Position numbers and translations under genes: made by a program
Shown: positions 51,887 through 63,198 of the stretch, one piece after another
How the letters are laid out: each line of letters opens with the position of its first letter
How positions within the stretch are numbered: position 1 is the first letter of the stretch
The notes under the pieces: model-generated
What the model was told of the DNA's origin: nothing
Databases searched by the model: none
What the model saw: only the letters and a program-made list of their open reading frames with translations
NCBI GenBank assembly: GCA_963422645.2
Contig: CAXXVO010000008.1
Span: forward strand, 480,001-544,000
Direction: 5' to 3'
DNA: 64,000 nt
DNA from: Alphaproteobacteria bacterium
GTDB lineage: Bacteria; Pseudomonadota; Alphaproteobacteria; UBA828

Positions 51887-53425
51887 TCAGGAGCGCAGTA
51901 TAGGGATCAGCTGCATCGGTTCCGGGTGCGCCAGGATTTGCAGGATGTTCCAGCCTTGCTTTCGAGCGGTGACGATGACGCTGCGCATTCCGGCGAAGTT
52001 GCAGGCGCCTTGCAGGGAGCGGAAGCCGCCTGAGATCTTCTCATGCACTTTGTTCATACGGATGTCACGCTCCGCCTCGTTATTCGTGAACGGCGTGCGC
52101 AGGTCGGTGAGGAAGCGCAGGCAGCCCTCCTTATGCTTTTGAAGGCGGCGCGCGAGGTTGTGGCCGATGCGGCGTTTCTTTCGCCCTCGCTTTGCGATCT
52201 GGAGCGGCGGTTGGGCCTCATGGAAGGCGATGGCTTCTTCGAGGATACGGTCCCATGCCCTTGAGATGCGGGCCACCAGGGAGGCGGGGACTTGACGGTC
52301 TTTCTCACGGGCGAAGCGGGCGGCCCTGCGCGCGCGCTGAAGCAGGCGGTGCATGCTCGCCGCCCATTCCTCCTTCTCGATGTCGATCAGGGCCTGGAGT
52401 TCGCGCAGGTGATGTGCGTTGCAGGCGCCGTGGCGGACGCCCTTGATGGTGAAGTAGGGGGCGAAGTCGTCGTGGACGAGGATGCCTTTCAGGTTCTTTT
52501 CGACATCGCCGCGTCCCTCGCCGATGCGCAGGACGGTGAGCAACGGGGTGCACAGCACATGGAGCCAGCGGGTACGGGCGGCGATACGCAGGCCGGTCTC
52601 GTCGAGGTGCTTGACCGGCGCCTGCGTGCGGATCAGATCGGCGACATGGTCGAGGAAGCCCTCGAAGCGCTGCGCTGTGCGCCGGCCCATGGCGGCGATC
52701 GTGGCAGTGGAGATGGACACCGCGAAGATGTCGCTCATGAGTTCGGCCAGACGCTTCTCGGGCACGAACTGGGCGTACAGCAGGTAACTCACCCAAGCGG
52801 TGATGCGAGGGCCGTACTGGACCGGGGCGGTGACGCCCGGCGGGAAGGCGGCTCGTGTCAGCGTGCCGCATGCGCCGCAGAGGCAGCGATGGGCGCGGTG
52901 TTCGGTGACCTCGAGAGGCTGCGGCTCGGGTACGTCGAAGACCTGCCGACAGGCGGGCGCGCCTTGCCGGTCGGCGTCCGAGAGCTCGACGCCACAGCCG
53001 GAACAGGTGGAGGGGTGGTGATCGACGACACGGTCCGGGCTGTCGCTCCGCGCGAGGGTGGTTCCCTTGTGGCCGGGCTGGCCGCCACTGGGCCCGCCGG
53101 ACTTTCCGCGCTGGCTTTGGGTGCGCCTCTGGGCTCCGCTTTTCTTCTTGAGCCCGTCGCTGGCGGGGGGCTTGCTGCTTGTGGTGCTGTTGAGGGCCGC
53201 GCTGCGCTCGAGTTCGGCGATGCGCTCGCGCAGGGCCGCGTTCTCCTGCTCGAGTGCGGCATTTTCCCGGGCGAGCGCGGTGGCTGATCGCAGCAGCCCC
53301 TGCCCCCATTCCCGGACGGCAACGACGACAGTGGTTGCGAGGGATGATGGCTCGAGAAGCTCCTTCAGGCAGCAGAAGGCCTCGTTACGGGCGGCGAGGT
53401 CTTCGTGCCAGTGCGACACCGTCAC
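51887..53425 (-). CDS. IS66 family transposase
   Basis: GTG start in a GTGA overlap with the MTase stop; DETG, CNAHHLREL, TNNEAERD. Confidence 0.92.
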   Translation of the reverse strand: MTVSHWHEDLAARNEAFCCLKELLEPSSLATTVVVAVREWGQGLLRSATALARENAALEQENAALRERIAELERSAALNSTTSSKPPASDGLKKKSGAQRRTQSQRGKSGGPSGGQPGHKGTTLARSDSPDRVVDHHPSTCSGCGVELSDADRQGAPACRQVFDVPEPQPLEVTEHRAHRCLCGACGTLTRAAFPPGVTAPVQYGPRITAWVSYLLYAQFVPEKRLAELMSDIFAVSISTATIAAMGRRTAQRFEGFLDHVADLIRTQAPVKHLDETGLRIAARTRWLHVLCTPLLTVLRIGEGRGDVEKNLKGILVHDDFAPYFTIKGVRHGACNAHHLRELQALIDIEKEEWAASMHRLLQRARRAARFAREKDRQVPASLVARISRAWDRILEEAIAFHEAQPPLQIAKRGRKKRRIGHNLARRLQKHKEGCLRFLTDLRTPFTNNEAERDIRMNKVHEKISGGFRSLQGACNFAGMRSVIVTARKQGWNILQILAHPEPMQLIPILRS

Positions 53426-54087
53426 GTGTCTTCGGCCTCGACGGCCATCATGGCGGCGAGCACGGCGAGGCGTTCGCCCGGCGGCAAGGCCTGGTAGCGC
53501 CGGCCCCAGTTGGCTGCCTTGCGCTTGATGCGCTGGCGGTCGGTGAAGTTCCGGCCTGCGTGGCTGGCCCAATGCATCCGGTCGGGGGCGTAGTTGAACC
53601 AGACGACCTCGGTTCGCACCAGACCCTGGGTCGTGACCTGCAGCGCCAGCCGGCGCCATCCCGCCAGCACCTCGTCATAGAGCGCCGACGGATGGCCCGA
53701 GATCATGACCTGGCAGGGCAGAGCCTTGAGCAGCGCGAGAAGCGCGACGTGGCCGGCCTCCTCGTACTCGAAGCGGTAGCGCTGCGCCGAGCGGCGGGTC
53801 GCGTGCAGATAGGGCGGATCGCTGTAAACCAGCTCCGGGCCCAGGAACGGGAACGAGGCCAGGAAGTCATGGGCACAGCCGTGAACCAGATCGACCGGGT
53901 AGTCGCAGACGAAGGCCTCGAGCGCCTGCGCATCGCGGTCGATGCCGATCGAACGCACGGCCGGCGGCTTGCGCTTCATCAGCGCCCCGCCCCCAAGGTG
54001 GCTTTCGATGTAGACGGAGTGCGGCGGCATCAGCGCAATCAGCGCTTGGCACAGACCTGCTGTCGCCTTCGAGCCGAAATACCCCAT
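53422..54087 (-). CDS. Compact Dam-like (D12 class) N6-adenine DNA methyltransferase
   Basis: YFGSK, YIESHLGGG (motif I), VYSDPPY (motif IV), MISG, TEVVWFNY. Confidence 0.88.
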   Translation of the reverse strand: MGYFGSKATAGLCQALIALMPPHSVYIESHLGGGALMKRKPPAVRSIGIDRDAQALEAFVCDYPVDLVHGCAHDFLASFPFLGPELVYSDPPYLHATRRSAQRYRFEYEEAGHVALLALLKALPCQVMISGHPSALYDEVLAGWRRLALQVTTQGLVRTEVVWFNYAPDRMHWASHAGRNFTDRQRIKRKAANWGRRYQALPPGERLAVLAAMMAVEAEDT

Positions 54088-54144
54088 GGACCGCTCCCGT
54101 CACGCGAGAGAGCAGTCCATAGTCCCGCAACTCTATGAGGTCAA
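54086..54144 (-). promoter_or_regulatory. Putative sigma70 promoter and RBS-sequestering hairpin
   Basis: TTGACC-N17-TATGGA; 13-bp stem ATGGACTGCTCTC/GGGAGCGGTCCAT (2 G-U) covers the RBS and start codon. Confidence 0.6.
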
Positions 54145-54228
54145 GAACCAATCGCGGTGGCAGAACCAGGCCGCGGCCGCCGCCATAATCACCGTCCTCA
54201 ACTCAGGATGGGGTACCTGGGTAGTTAC

Positions 54229-54675
54229 ATGTATTCGCTGTGGCATGTCCGCTGTTGTTGGAAGCATCGGTATATAGAGAATCAAGAATTGATAGGAATA
54301 TTGGCGCCCTCAGAAGATTATTGTGAGGACCAAAGAGAATTATTAGAGAAACATCATTTGTCGACGCACGTGTATGAGGGCTGTGGAGCAACTGTTCATA
54401 TTCCCGGCCACCATATAGCCGGATTCTTGGTGCAGAATGATTGGGGGCGTGTCCGGAGTGCTTTGAAGGATTGCCATTGGGAAATGCTGGAAAGCAATTC
54501 TGGAGAGTTCATTGTCCCTGATAACAGTCGAGCTGGTCTTGTTTTGCCGGTTACGCCGACAATGTGGTTAATGGAAGGAAAGGGCCATCGTATTGTTTCA
54601 AAGCGAGAGTTACACCAAATAAATAGGTTGTTGAGACTCAACAGTAAACAGTACTACTTCGAGCGGCCAATTTAG
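54229..54675 (+). pseudogene. Low-GC 5'-truncated gene, DUF4238-like
   Basis: GEFIVPD...PVTPT..L...INR...YYF pattern; begins at an IS end; AT-rich. Confidence 0.5.
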
Positions 54676-54765
54676 TGTTCAGCATATTGGGGATGTAATC
54701 TGTACAGGTCCAGTCAAATAGCGACAACAGGAACTTCTTATATTCAAATGATTACGCGATTTCTC

Positions 54766-55175
54766 GTAACTACCCAGGTACCCCAATCCTGAGTTGAGGA
54801 CGGTGATTATGGCGGCGGCCGCGGCCTGGTTCTGCCACCGCGATTGGTTCTTGACCTCATAGAGTTGCGGGACTATGGACTGCTCTCTCGCGTGACGGGA
54901 GCGGTCCATGGGGTATTTCGGCTCGAAGGCGACAGCAGGTCTGTGCCAAGCGCTGATTGCGCTGATGCCGCCGCACTCCGTCTACATCGAAAGCCACCTT
55001 GGGGGCGGGGCGCTGACGAAGCGCAAGCCGCCGGCCGTGCGTTCGATCGGCATCGACCGCGATGCGCAGGCGCTCGAGGCCTTCGTCTGCGACTACCCGG
55101 TCGATCTGGTTCACGGCCGCGGCCGCCGCCATAATCACCGTCCTCAACTCAGGATTGGGGTACCTGGGTAGTTAC
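54766..55175 (+). mobile_element. 410-bp miniature derivative of element D bounded by two left ends
   Basis: 61-bp perfect inverted repeats; contains the promoter and first ~69 MTase codons (from 54908). Confidence 0.85.
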
Positions 55176-55266
55176 GGTCAAGAACCAATCGCGGTGGCAG
55201 AACCAGACCGCGGCCGCCGCCATAATCACCGTCCTCAACTCAGGATTGGGGTACCTGGGTAGTTAC
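55176..55266 (-). mobile_element. Additional left-end fragment of element D
   Basis: Near-identical to 54139-54228. Confidence 0.85.
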
Positions 55267-55267
55267 G

Positions 55268-55642
55268 ATTCATCTTGATACGAGTTTCCTGATCCGCGGG
55301 TCCCTTTCCGGGTCGACCGAGGACCGTGCACTGCGTGGATGGGTCGGTGCCCGAGAGGCATTGGGCGTCAGTACTGTCGCCTGGGCGGAATTCCTGTGTG
55401 GCCCCTACGAACGGTCGTCATTGGAATTCCTGATCAGCGTCATCGATCGCTACGTCGATTTTGCGTCCGCTCATGCGGAGATAGCGGCGCACCTCTTCAA
55501 TCAATCTGGCCGGCGCCGAGGATCGCAAATGGACTGCATGATCGCGGCCGCTGCCATTGCCGAAAGAGCGCCCATTGCGACCGCCAACGCGCGGGACTTT
55601 CGCCGGTTCGAGAGCGAAGGCCTGACACTCGTACCCGCGTAA
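55268..55642 (+). pseudogene. VapC/PIN-domain toxin lacking its start codon
   Basis: IHLDTSFLI, AWAEFL, DCMIAA, TANARDF; the IS end leaves ACG at the start position. Confidence 0.8.
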
Positions 55643-55660
55643 GCCGTCGCGGCCGCCCGC

Positions 55661-57283
<1,623 letters not shown>

Positions 57284-57293
57284 ATGCCCCCGC

Positions 57294-58322
57294 TCACCGA
57301 CCGACCAGCTTGCGCGGATCGAAGGCGTCGCGCACGGCTTCCCCGATGAAGATGAGTAGGCTCAGCATGAGGGCCAGCACCACGAAGCTCACGATGCCGA
57401 GCCAGGGCGCCTGCAGGTTGGCCTTGCCCTGGCGCAGCAGCTCGCCCAGCGAGGGCTCGCCCGGCGGCAGGCCAAAGCCCAGGAAATCAAGCGAGGTCAA
57501 CGACGTGATCGAGCCCACCAGGATGAAGGGCAGAAAAGTGACGGCGGAAACCATCGCGTTGGGCAAGCCGTGGCGGAAGATGATAGCGATGTTGCCGACG
57601 CCGAGCGCGCGGGCTGCGCGGATATAGTCGAAGTTGCGGACCCGCAGGAACTCAGCGCGCACCACGCCCACCAGGGCCATCCAGCTGAAGAGCAGCAGGA
57701 TCACCAGCAGGACCCAGAAATCGGGCTCGATGATGCTCGACAGGATGATCAGGACGAAGAGCTGCGGCAGCCCCGACCAGACCTCGATGAAGCGTTGGAA
57801 GACGAGGTCGATCCAGCCGCCGAAGAAGCCCTGCACGGCGGCCGCGGCGATGCCGATAATCGAGGCGAACACGGTGAGAATCAGGCCGAACAGGACCGAT
57901 AATCGGAAGCCGTAGATCACGCGGGCGAGCACGTCCCGCCCCTGATCGTCGGTGCCGAGCCAATTGTCGCCTGAGGGGGGTGCGGGCGCTGGCACCGGCA
58001 GGTCGTAGTTGATGGTGCGGTAGCTGTAGGGGATCAGCGGCCACACCATCCAGCCCTTCTCTTCGATCAGCTCGGCGACGAAGGGATCGCGGTAGTCCGC
58101 CTCGGTCTCGAAATCGCCGCCGAACTCGGTCTCCGCATAACTGAAGAACACCGGGAAGTGAAGCGTGCCGTCGTAGCTCAGGACGATGGGCTTGTCGTTG
58201 GCGATGAACTCCGCGAAGAGCGTGACCAGAAGCAGCGCCAGAAAGATCCAGAACGAGATGTAGCCGCGCCGGTTGGCGCGAAAGTTGTAGAAGCGGCGCC
58301 GGGTGATGGGAGAGAGCGCCAC
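57294..58322 (-). CDS. yejE: Peptide ABC permease
   Basis: AEFIANDKP, LGTDDQGRDV, LDFLGFGLP. Confidence 0.9.
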   Translation of the reverse strand: MALSPITRRRFYNFRANRRGYISFWIFLALLLVTLFAEFIANDKPIVLSYDGTLHFPVFFSYAETEFGGDFETEADYRDPFVAELIEEKGWMVWPLIPYSYRTINYDLPVPAPAPPSGDNWLGTDDQGRDVLARVIYGFRLSVLFGLILTVFASIIGIAAAAVQGFFGGWIDLVFQRFIEVWSGLPQLFVLIILSSIIEPDFWVLLVILLLFSWMALVGVVRAEFLRVRNFDYIRAARALGVGNIAIIFRHGLPNAMVSAVTFLPFILVGSITSLTSLDFLGFGLPPGEPSLGELLRQGKANLQAPWLGIVSFVVLALMLSLLIFIGEAVRDAFDPRKLVGR

Positions 58323-58325
58323 CGC

Positions 58326-59435
58326 TCACACCTCCCGCGTCTCGAAGTCGATGCGGGGGTCGATGATCACGTACATGAGGTCGCCGATCAGGTTCACGAC
58401 GAGGCCGAGCAGCGTGAAGAAGAAGAGGGTGCCGAAGATGATCGGGTAGTCCCGCTTGAGCAGGGATTCGAAACCCAAGAGCCCGAGCCCATCGAGCGAG
58501 AAGATGACCTCGATCAGGAGCACGCCGGTGAACAGGATGCCGATGAAGGCGCCGGGGAGGCCTGCGATGATGATCAGCATCGCGTTGCGGAAGACGTGGC
58601 CGTAGAGCACGCGGCGTTCCGTCAAGCCCTTGGCGCGCGCGGTGATGACGTAGTGCTGGCTGATCTGATCGAGGAAGGAGTTCTTGGTCAGCATCGTGGT
58701 GGTGGCGAAGCCGCTCACCGCCATCGCTAGAATCGGCAGCGCCAAGTGCCAGAAATAGTCCTCGATCTGGCCGAGCAGTGAGAGCTCGCCGAAGTCGTTG
58801 GAGACAAGCCCGCGTAGCGGGAACCAGTCCACGTAGCTGCCGCCGGCGAAGAGCACGATTAACAGGATCGCAAAGATGAAGTTGGGGATGGCGTAGCCGA
58901 CGATGATGACCCCGCTGGTCCAGACGTCGAAGCGCTGGCCGTCGCGCACCGCCTTGGCGATGCCGAGCGGGATCGAGATCAGATAGGCGAGCAGCGTGGT
59001 CCAGAGCCCAAGCGAGATCGAGACCGGCAGCTTGTCGAGGACCAGATCGACCACGCGGTCGTCGCGAAAGAAGCTGCTCCCGAAGTCGAAGCGCACGTAC
59101 TGCCCCATCATGTGGAGGAAGCGCTCGAAGGGCGGCTTGTCGAAGCCGTATTCCTTCTCCAGCCGCTCGATCAGCTCGGGGTCGAGGCCGCGGGCGCCGC
59201 GGTACTTGCTCGTATCGGCGCGTTGCGAGATGTCGAACTGCCCGTCCGTCCCGACCTCGCCGGGCCCGGCGCCGGAAATACGCGCCGTGGCGCCTACCGC
59301 GCTGCCGGTGAGCTCCGCGATCGCCTGCTCCACCGGCCCGCCCGGCGCAATCTGGATGATCGCGAAGTTGATCACCATGATCGCGAACAGCGTCGGGATG
59401 ATCAGCAGCAGGCGGCGGACGATGTAGGCGAACAT
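58326..59435 (-). CDS. yejB: Peptide ABC permease
   Basis: [30 protein letters not shown]. Confidence 0.92.
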   Translation of the reverse strand: MFAYIVRRLLLIIPTLFAIMVINFAIIQIAPGGPVEQAIAELTGSAVGATARISGAGPGEVGTDGQFDISQRADTSKYRGARGLDPELIERLEKEYGFDKPPFERFLHMMGQYVRFDFGSSFFRDDRVVDLVLDKLPVSISLGLWTTLLAYLISIPLGIAKAVRDGQRFDVWTSGVIIVGYAIPNFIFAILLIVLFAGGSYVDWFPLRGLVSNDFGELSLLGQIEDYFWHLALPILAMAVSGFATTTMLTKNSFLDQISQHYVITARAKGLTERRVLYGHVFRNAMLIIIAGLPGAFIGILFTGVLLIEVIFSLDGLGLLGFESLLKRDYPIIFGTLFFFTLLGLVVNLIGDLMYVIIDPRIDFETREV

Positions 59436-59571
59436 GGCTGTCGCGGCGCGCGGGGGCTAAGCGGTGTGCTCTACTTGCTTCAGCACCCGTCCCCTCTCAG
59501 GATCGGCCGGCAGAGTGGCGAGCACGCCGAAGCCGAAGCCCGGCGCTGTCCCCGGTGGCCCTCTCCGACCC

Positions 59572-61431
59572 TCACGCTCCGCCTTCGCGGTAGGCCCTCA
59601 AGGCGTTGTCCTTCTCCCGATCGACCCACCAGGTGTCGAACACGCCCCGCGCGTAGCGCGGCTTGAGTGCAGGCCGGTCGAACTTGTTCCAGTAGACAAG
59701 GTGGTGCGCTCCCTTATACCACTGCGGGATCATGTAGTGGCCCCAGAGCAGCACGCGATCGAGCGCACGAGCGGCCGCGATGAGACTCGGCCGGTCGGTC
59801 GCGGCAGCGACCTCACCGATCAGCGCATCGACCACAGGGTCCTTGATGCCGGGGATGTTGAACGAGCCGACCTGATCGACGGTGCTGGACGCGAAGTAGG
59901 AGTTGAGCTCGGCGCCGGGCGAGAGGCTGAAGACGAAGCGGATCGTCGTGATGTCGAAGTCGTGGGTCTTGAGCCGCTCTTCGTATTGCGCGCCGTCGAC
60001 AAGGCGAAGGGTCACGTCGACGCCGAGGCGCTCGAGGCTGCGGCCGAAGGCCGCATAGATGCGCTCGAAGGTGGGCTCGAAGTAGAGGAACTCGATGGTC
60101 ATCGGCTCGCCTGTCTCGCCGTTGACCAGCGCGCCCTCCTTCGTCACCCAGCCGGCCTCCTTGAGCAGGGAGCGCGCGGCGCGCAGGTTGCCCCGATTGT
60201 TGCCTGAACCGTCGGTCACGGGCGGCACGAAGACCTTGGTGAAGACGTCTTCGGGCACCGCGCCCCGGTGGGGTTCGAGGAGGGCCAACTCAGCCTCGGA
60301 CGGCAGGTCGCGTGCCGCGAGCTCGGAGTTCTCGAAGTAGCTCGCCATGCGGTCGTAAAGCCCATAGAACTGGTTCTTGTTAAGCCATTCGAAGTCGAAG
60401 GCGTAGGCCAGCGCCTCGCGCACGCGGCGGTCCTGGAACTTGGGCAGCCGCGTGTTGAAGAAGAAGGCCTGCACGCCCGACGGCGTGTTGTCCTTCAGCA
60501 CGTCCTTGAGGAGCCATCCCTCTTCGACCGCGGGGATGTCGTATTGCGTCGCCCAGACCTTGGACGTGTACTCCTCGTGGAAGTCGTATTCGCCCGCCTT
60601 CAACGCCTCCACCAGCACCGTACGATCGCGATAGTAGTCGTAGACGATCGTGTCGAAATTGTAGCGGCCGATATTGAGCGGGAACTGGGCGCCCCAATAG
60701 TCCGGCACGCGCTCGTATGTGACGGAGCGGCCCGGATCGACCTTGGCAACGCGGTAGGGACTGCTACCGAGCGGCGGCTCCATCGTCGTCTCGCCGAACG
60801 CGCGATCCCGGTAATAGGCTTCGGAGACGATGGATAGCCCGCCCACGATCAAGGGCAGCTTGCGGTTGTCGGGATCGGCGAGATGGAAGGTCACCTCGTG
60901 ATCGCCGCTAGTCTCGACCCGGTCGACGCCGGCCAGCTGATTGGCGTAGGCAGGATGGCCCTCGGTGGTGAGGATTTCGTAGGAGAACGCCACATCGCGG
61001 GCCGTAATCGGCGTGCCGTCGTGCCAGCGCGCCTCGGGCCGCAGGTGGAAGCGGACGCTGCGCCGGTCCGGCGCGAGCACGACGCCGGCGGCGAGCAGCC
61101 CGTAGGCCGCATCCGCTTCGTCCGCCGAGCCTTCGAGCAGGCTCTCGAAGGGCAGTCCGGCGCCCGCCGCGCTCACGCCTTTCAACGTGAGGGGATTGAG
61201 AGTGCTGAAGGTGTCGACCGTGGCGAGGTGAAGCAGGCCGCCCTTGGGCGCGTTGGGGTTCACGTAGTCGAAGTGCGCGAAGTCGGGTCCGTACTTGAGG
61301 TCTCCGAAGAGCGAGAGCCCGTGGGCCGCCTCTTGCGCTGCCGCGGGCCCGATCAAGGCCGAGAGTGGCGCCATCGACGATGCAACGGCGACGGCAGAGC
61401 CCTGAACGAAGTGTCTTCTGCTGAGTCTCAT
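59572..61431 (-). CDS. yejA: Peptide ABC substrate-binding protein with Tat signal
   Basis: SRRHF Tat motif; HFDYVNPNAPKGG; AFDFEW.N. Confidence 0.9.
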   Translation of the reverse strand: MRLSRRHFVQGSAVAVASSMAPLSALIGPAAAQEAAHGLSLFGDLKYGPDFAHFDYVNPNAPKGGLLHLATVDTFSTLNPLTLKGVSAAGAGLPFESLLEGSADEADAAYGLLAAGVVLAPDRRSVRFHLRPEARWHDGTPITARDVAFSYEILTTEGHPAYANQLAGVDRVETSGDHEVTFHLADPDNRKLPLIVGGLSIVSEAYYRDRAFGETTMEPPLGSSPYRVAKVDPGRSVTYERVPDYWGAQFPLNIGRYNFDTIVYDYYRDRTVLVEALKAGEYDFHEEYTSKVWATQYDIPAVEEGWLLKDVLKDNTPSGVQAFFFNTRLPKFQDRRVREALAYAFDFEWLNKNQFYGLYDRMASYFENSELAARDLPSEAELALLEPHRGAVPEDVFTKVFVPPVTDGSGNNRGNLRAARSLLKEAGWVTKEGALVNGETGEPMTIEFLYFEPTFERIYAAFGRSLERLGVDVTLRLVDGAQYEERLKTHDFDITTIRFVFSLSPGAELNSYFASSTVDQVGSFNIPGIKDPVVDALIGEVAAATDRPSLIAAARALDRVLLWGHYMIPQWYKGAHHLVYWNKFDRPALKPRYARGVFDTWWVDREKDNALRAYREGGA

Positions 61432-61656
61432 TGGTCCATCTCCCCCTGACGCTGGCGCGCGGTCCCTGTACCTCGCGCGTACCGCCACCCGGCATTCTCA
61501 CGCCAAGCCTACAGGGCATAACATGAGTCGTGCCATCCGGTATCCCCCATCACAACATCGTGTCGCCCGGCCACCGATCGATCGCGACCTTGCGCCGCCA
61601 CGCCCGGTAAGAGGACGGCTGGACTCGCGGCGAGCGCGCGCCTCATACTCGGGCTC

Positions 61657-62223
61657 ATGGGGCGCTATCCGAACAGCGGCGGCCCGATCGTGCGCAAGGT
61701 GCCCGAGGGCGACGATCGGCCGCGCCTGGTCTGCGATGCCTGCGGCTTTATCCGCTACGAAAACCCGAAGATCGTCGTCGGTTCGGTCGCGACCTGGGAG
61801 GGACGCATCCTCCTCTGCCGCAGGTCCATCGAGCCGCAGGCCGGCTTCTGGACCCTGCCGGCGGGATTCCTGGAACTGCACGAGGAGCCCACCGAGGGCG
61901 CCCGGCGCGAGGCGGAGGAGGAAGCCTGCGCCGAGATCGTGATCGGCGCGCTGCTCGCGGTCTATACGATCCCCCGCATCAGCCTGGTGCAGCTCTTCTA
62001 CCGGGCTCACCTCGCGCATCCAGAGATCGCGCCGGGGTTCGAGAGCCTTGAGGTTGGGCTCTTCGAGCCGGACGAGATCCCGTGGGATTCCCTCGCCTTC
62101 CCCTCGGTGACCTGGGCGCTGCGCCACCATGCCGAGGCGCCGAAGAGCGGCGAATTCGCCCCCTTCACCAATCCCATCGGCGACGTCGGCGACTACCGGC
62201 CGGGCATCCCCGCGCGCCGCTAG
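61657..62223 (+). CDS. Zn-ribbon NUDIX hydrolase
   Basis: C..CG..YENPK, WTLPAGFLE..E...GA.REAEEE. Confidence 0.9.
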   Translation: MGRYPNSGGPIVRKVPEGDDRPRLVCDACGFIRYENPKIVVGSVATWEGRILLCRRSIEPQAGFWTLPAGFLELHEEPTEGARREAEEEACAEIVIGALLAVYTIPRISLVQLFYRAHLAHPEIAPGFESLEVGLFEPDEIPWDSLAFPSVTWALRHHAEAPKSGEFAPFTNPIGDVGDYRPGIPARR

Positions 62224-62256
62224 AGCGAGTCGATCAAAGACGGAGGCGCTCCGGCG

Positions 62257-63198
62257 CTATTCGTCGAGGCCCATCAGGGCCGCGGCGAAGGCACGGGCCT
62301 CGAAGGGGCGCAGGTCGTCGATCCCTTCGCCGATGCCGATTGCGACCACCGGCACGCCGAAGCGCCGCGCCAAGGCCACCAGCACACCGCCCTTCGCCGT
62401 GCCGTCGAGTTTGGTCATCACCAAGCCATCGACGGCGATGGCCTCGCGAAAGACATCGACCTGATTGAGCGCGTTCTGGCCGGTGGTGGCGTCGAGCACC
62501 AGAAGGCGGCTGTGCGGCGCGCGGGGATCGAGTTTCTTGAGCACGCGGTCGATCTTCTGCAGCTCGGCCATCAGGTGCGCCTTGTTCTGCAGCCGGCCGG
62601 CGGTATCGATCAGGAGCACGTCGATCCCTTCCGCTCGCGCGCGCTCGAGCGCGTCGAAGGCGAGGCCGGCGGGATCGCCCCCGTCCTGGCGGGCGACGAC
62701 GGGCGCGCCTGCGCGCTCGCCCCAGACCGTGAGCTGCTCCACGGCGGCGGCGCGAAAGGTATCGCCCGCGACCAGCATGACGCGCTTCCCGTCGCGGCTG
62801 AGACGCTGGGCGAGCTTGCCGATTGTGGTCGTCTTGCCCGTGCCGTTGACGCCGGCCACCAGGATCACGTGGGGTTTGGCGTCGTCGTCGATCGTTAGCG
62901 TCCCCTCGACCGGCGCCAGCAGGTCGGCAATCTGGTCGGCGAGCGCCTGGCGCACCTCGGCGGCGGTCACTTCCTTGCCGAAGCGCTGCTGGGCGAGCTC
63001 CGCCGTGAGCTCGGCCGCCGTTGCCGCGCCGAGATCGCCGGCGATGAGCAGCTCTTCGAGCTCTTCGAGCGCGTCGTCGTCGAGCCGGCGGCCGGTGAAG
63101 ATGGCCCCGATGCCGCCGGTGAGGTTGTTCGAGGTTCGCCTGAGGCCAGCCTTGAGGCGCGCGAACAGGCCGCGCCCGCCGCCGTCTTCGCGCGCCAT
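62257..63198 (-). CDS. ftsY: SRP receptor FtsY
   Basis: GVNGTGKTT, DTFRAAA, DTAGR, TKLDGTAKGG. Confidence 0.95.
   Translation of the reverse strand: MAREDGGGRGLFARLKAGLRRTSNNLTGGIGAIFTGRRLDDDALEELEELLIAGDLGAATAAELTAELAQQRFGKEVTAAEVRQALADQIADLLAPVEGTLTIDDDAKPHVILVAGVNGTGKTTTIGKLAQRLSRDGKRVMLVAGDTFRAAAVEQLTVWGERAGAPVVARQDGGDPAGLAFDALERARAEGIDVLLIDTAGRLQNKAHLMAELQKIDRVLKKLDPRAPHSRLLVLDATTGQNALNQVDVFREAIAVDGLVMTKLDGTAKGGVLVALARRFGVPVVAIGIGEGIDDLRPFEARAFAAALMGLDE

Larger units (their letters stand above)
51722..54228 (-). mobile_element. IS66-type element D carrying a DNA adenine methyltransferase
   Basis: 19-bp TIR GTAACTRCCCAGGTACCCC (1 mismatch) encloses MTase and transposase; no TSD. Confidence 0.92.

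Noticed and set aside
54139-55266. Repeated 60-90-bp sequences as a CRISPR or ncRNA array
   Set aside because: They are copies of the IS66 left end in mixed orientation
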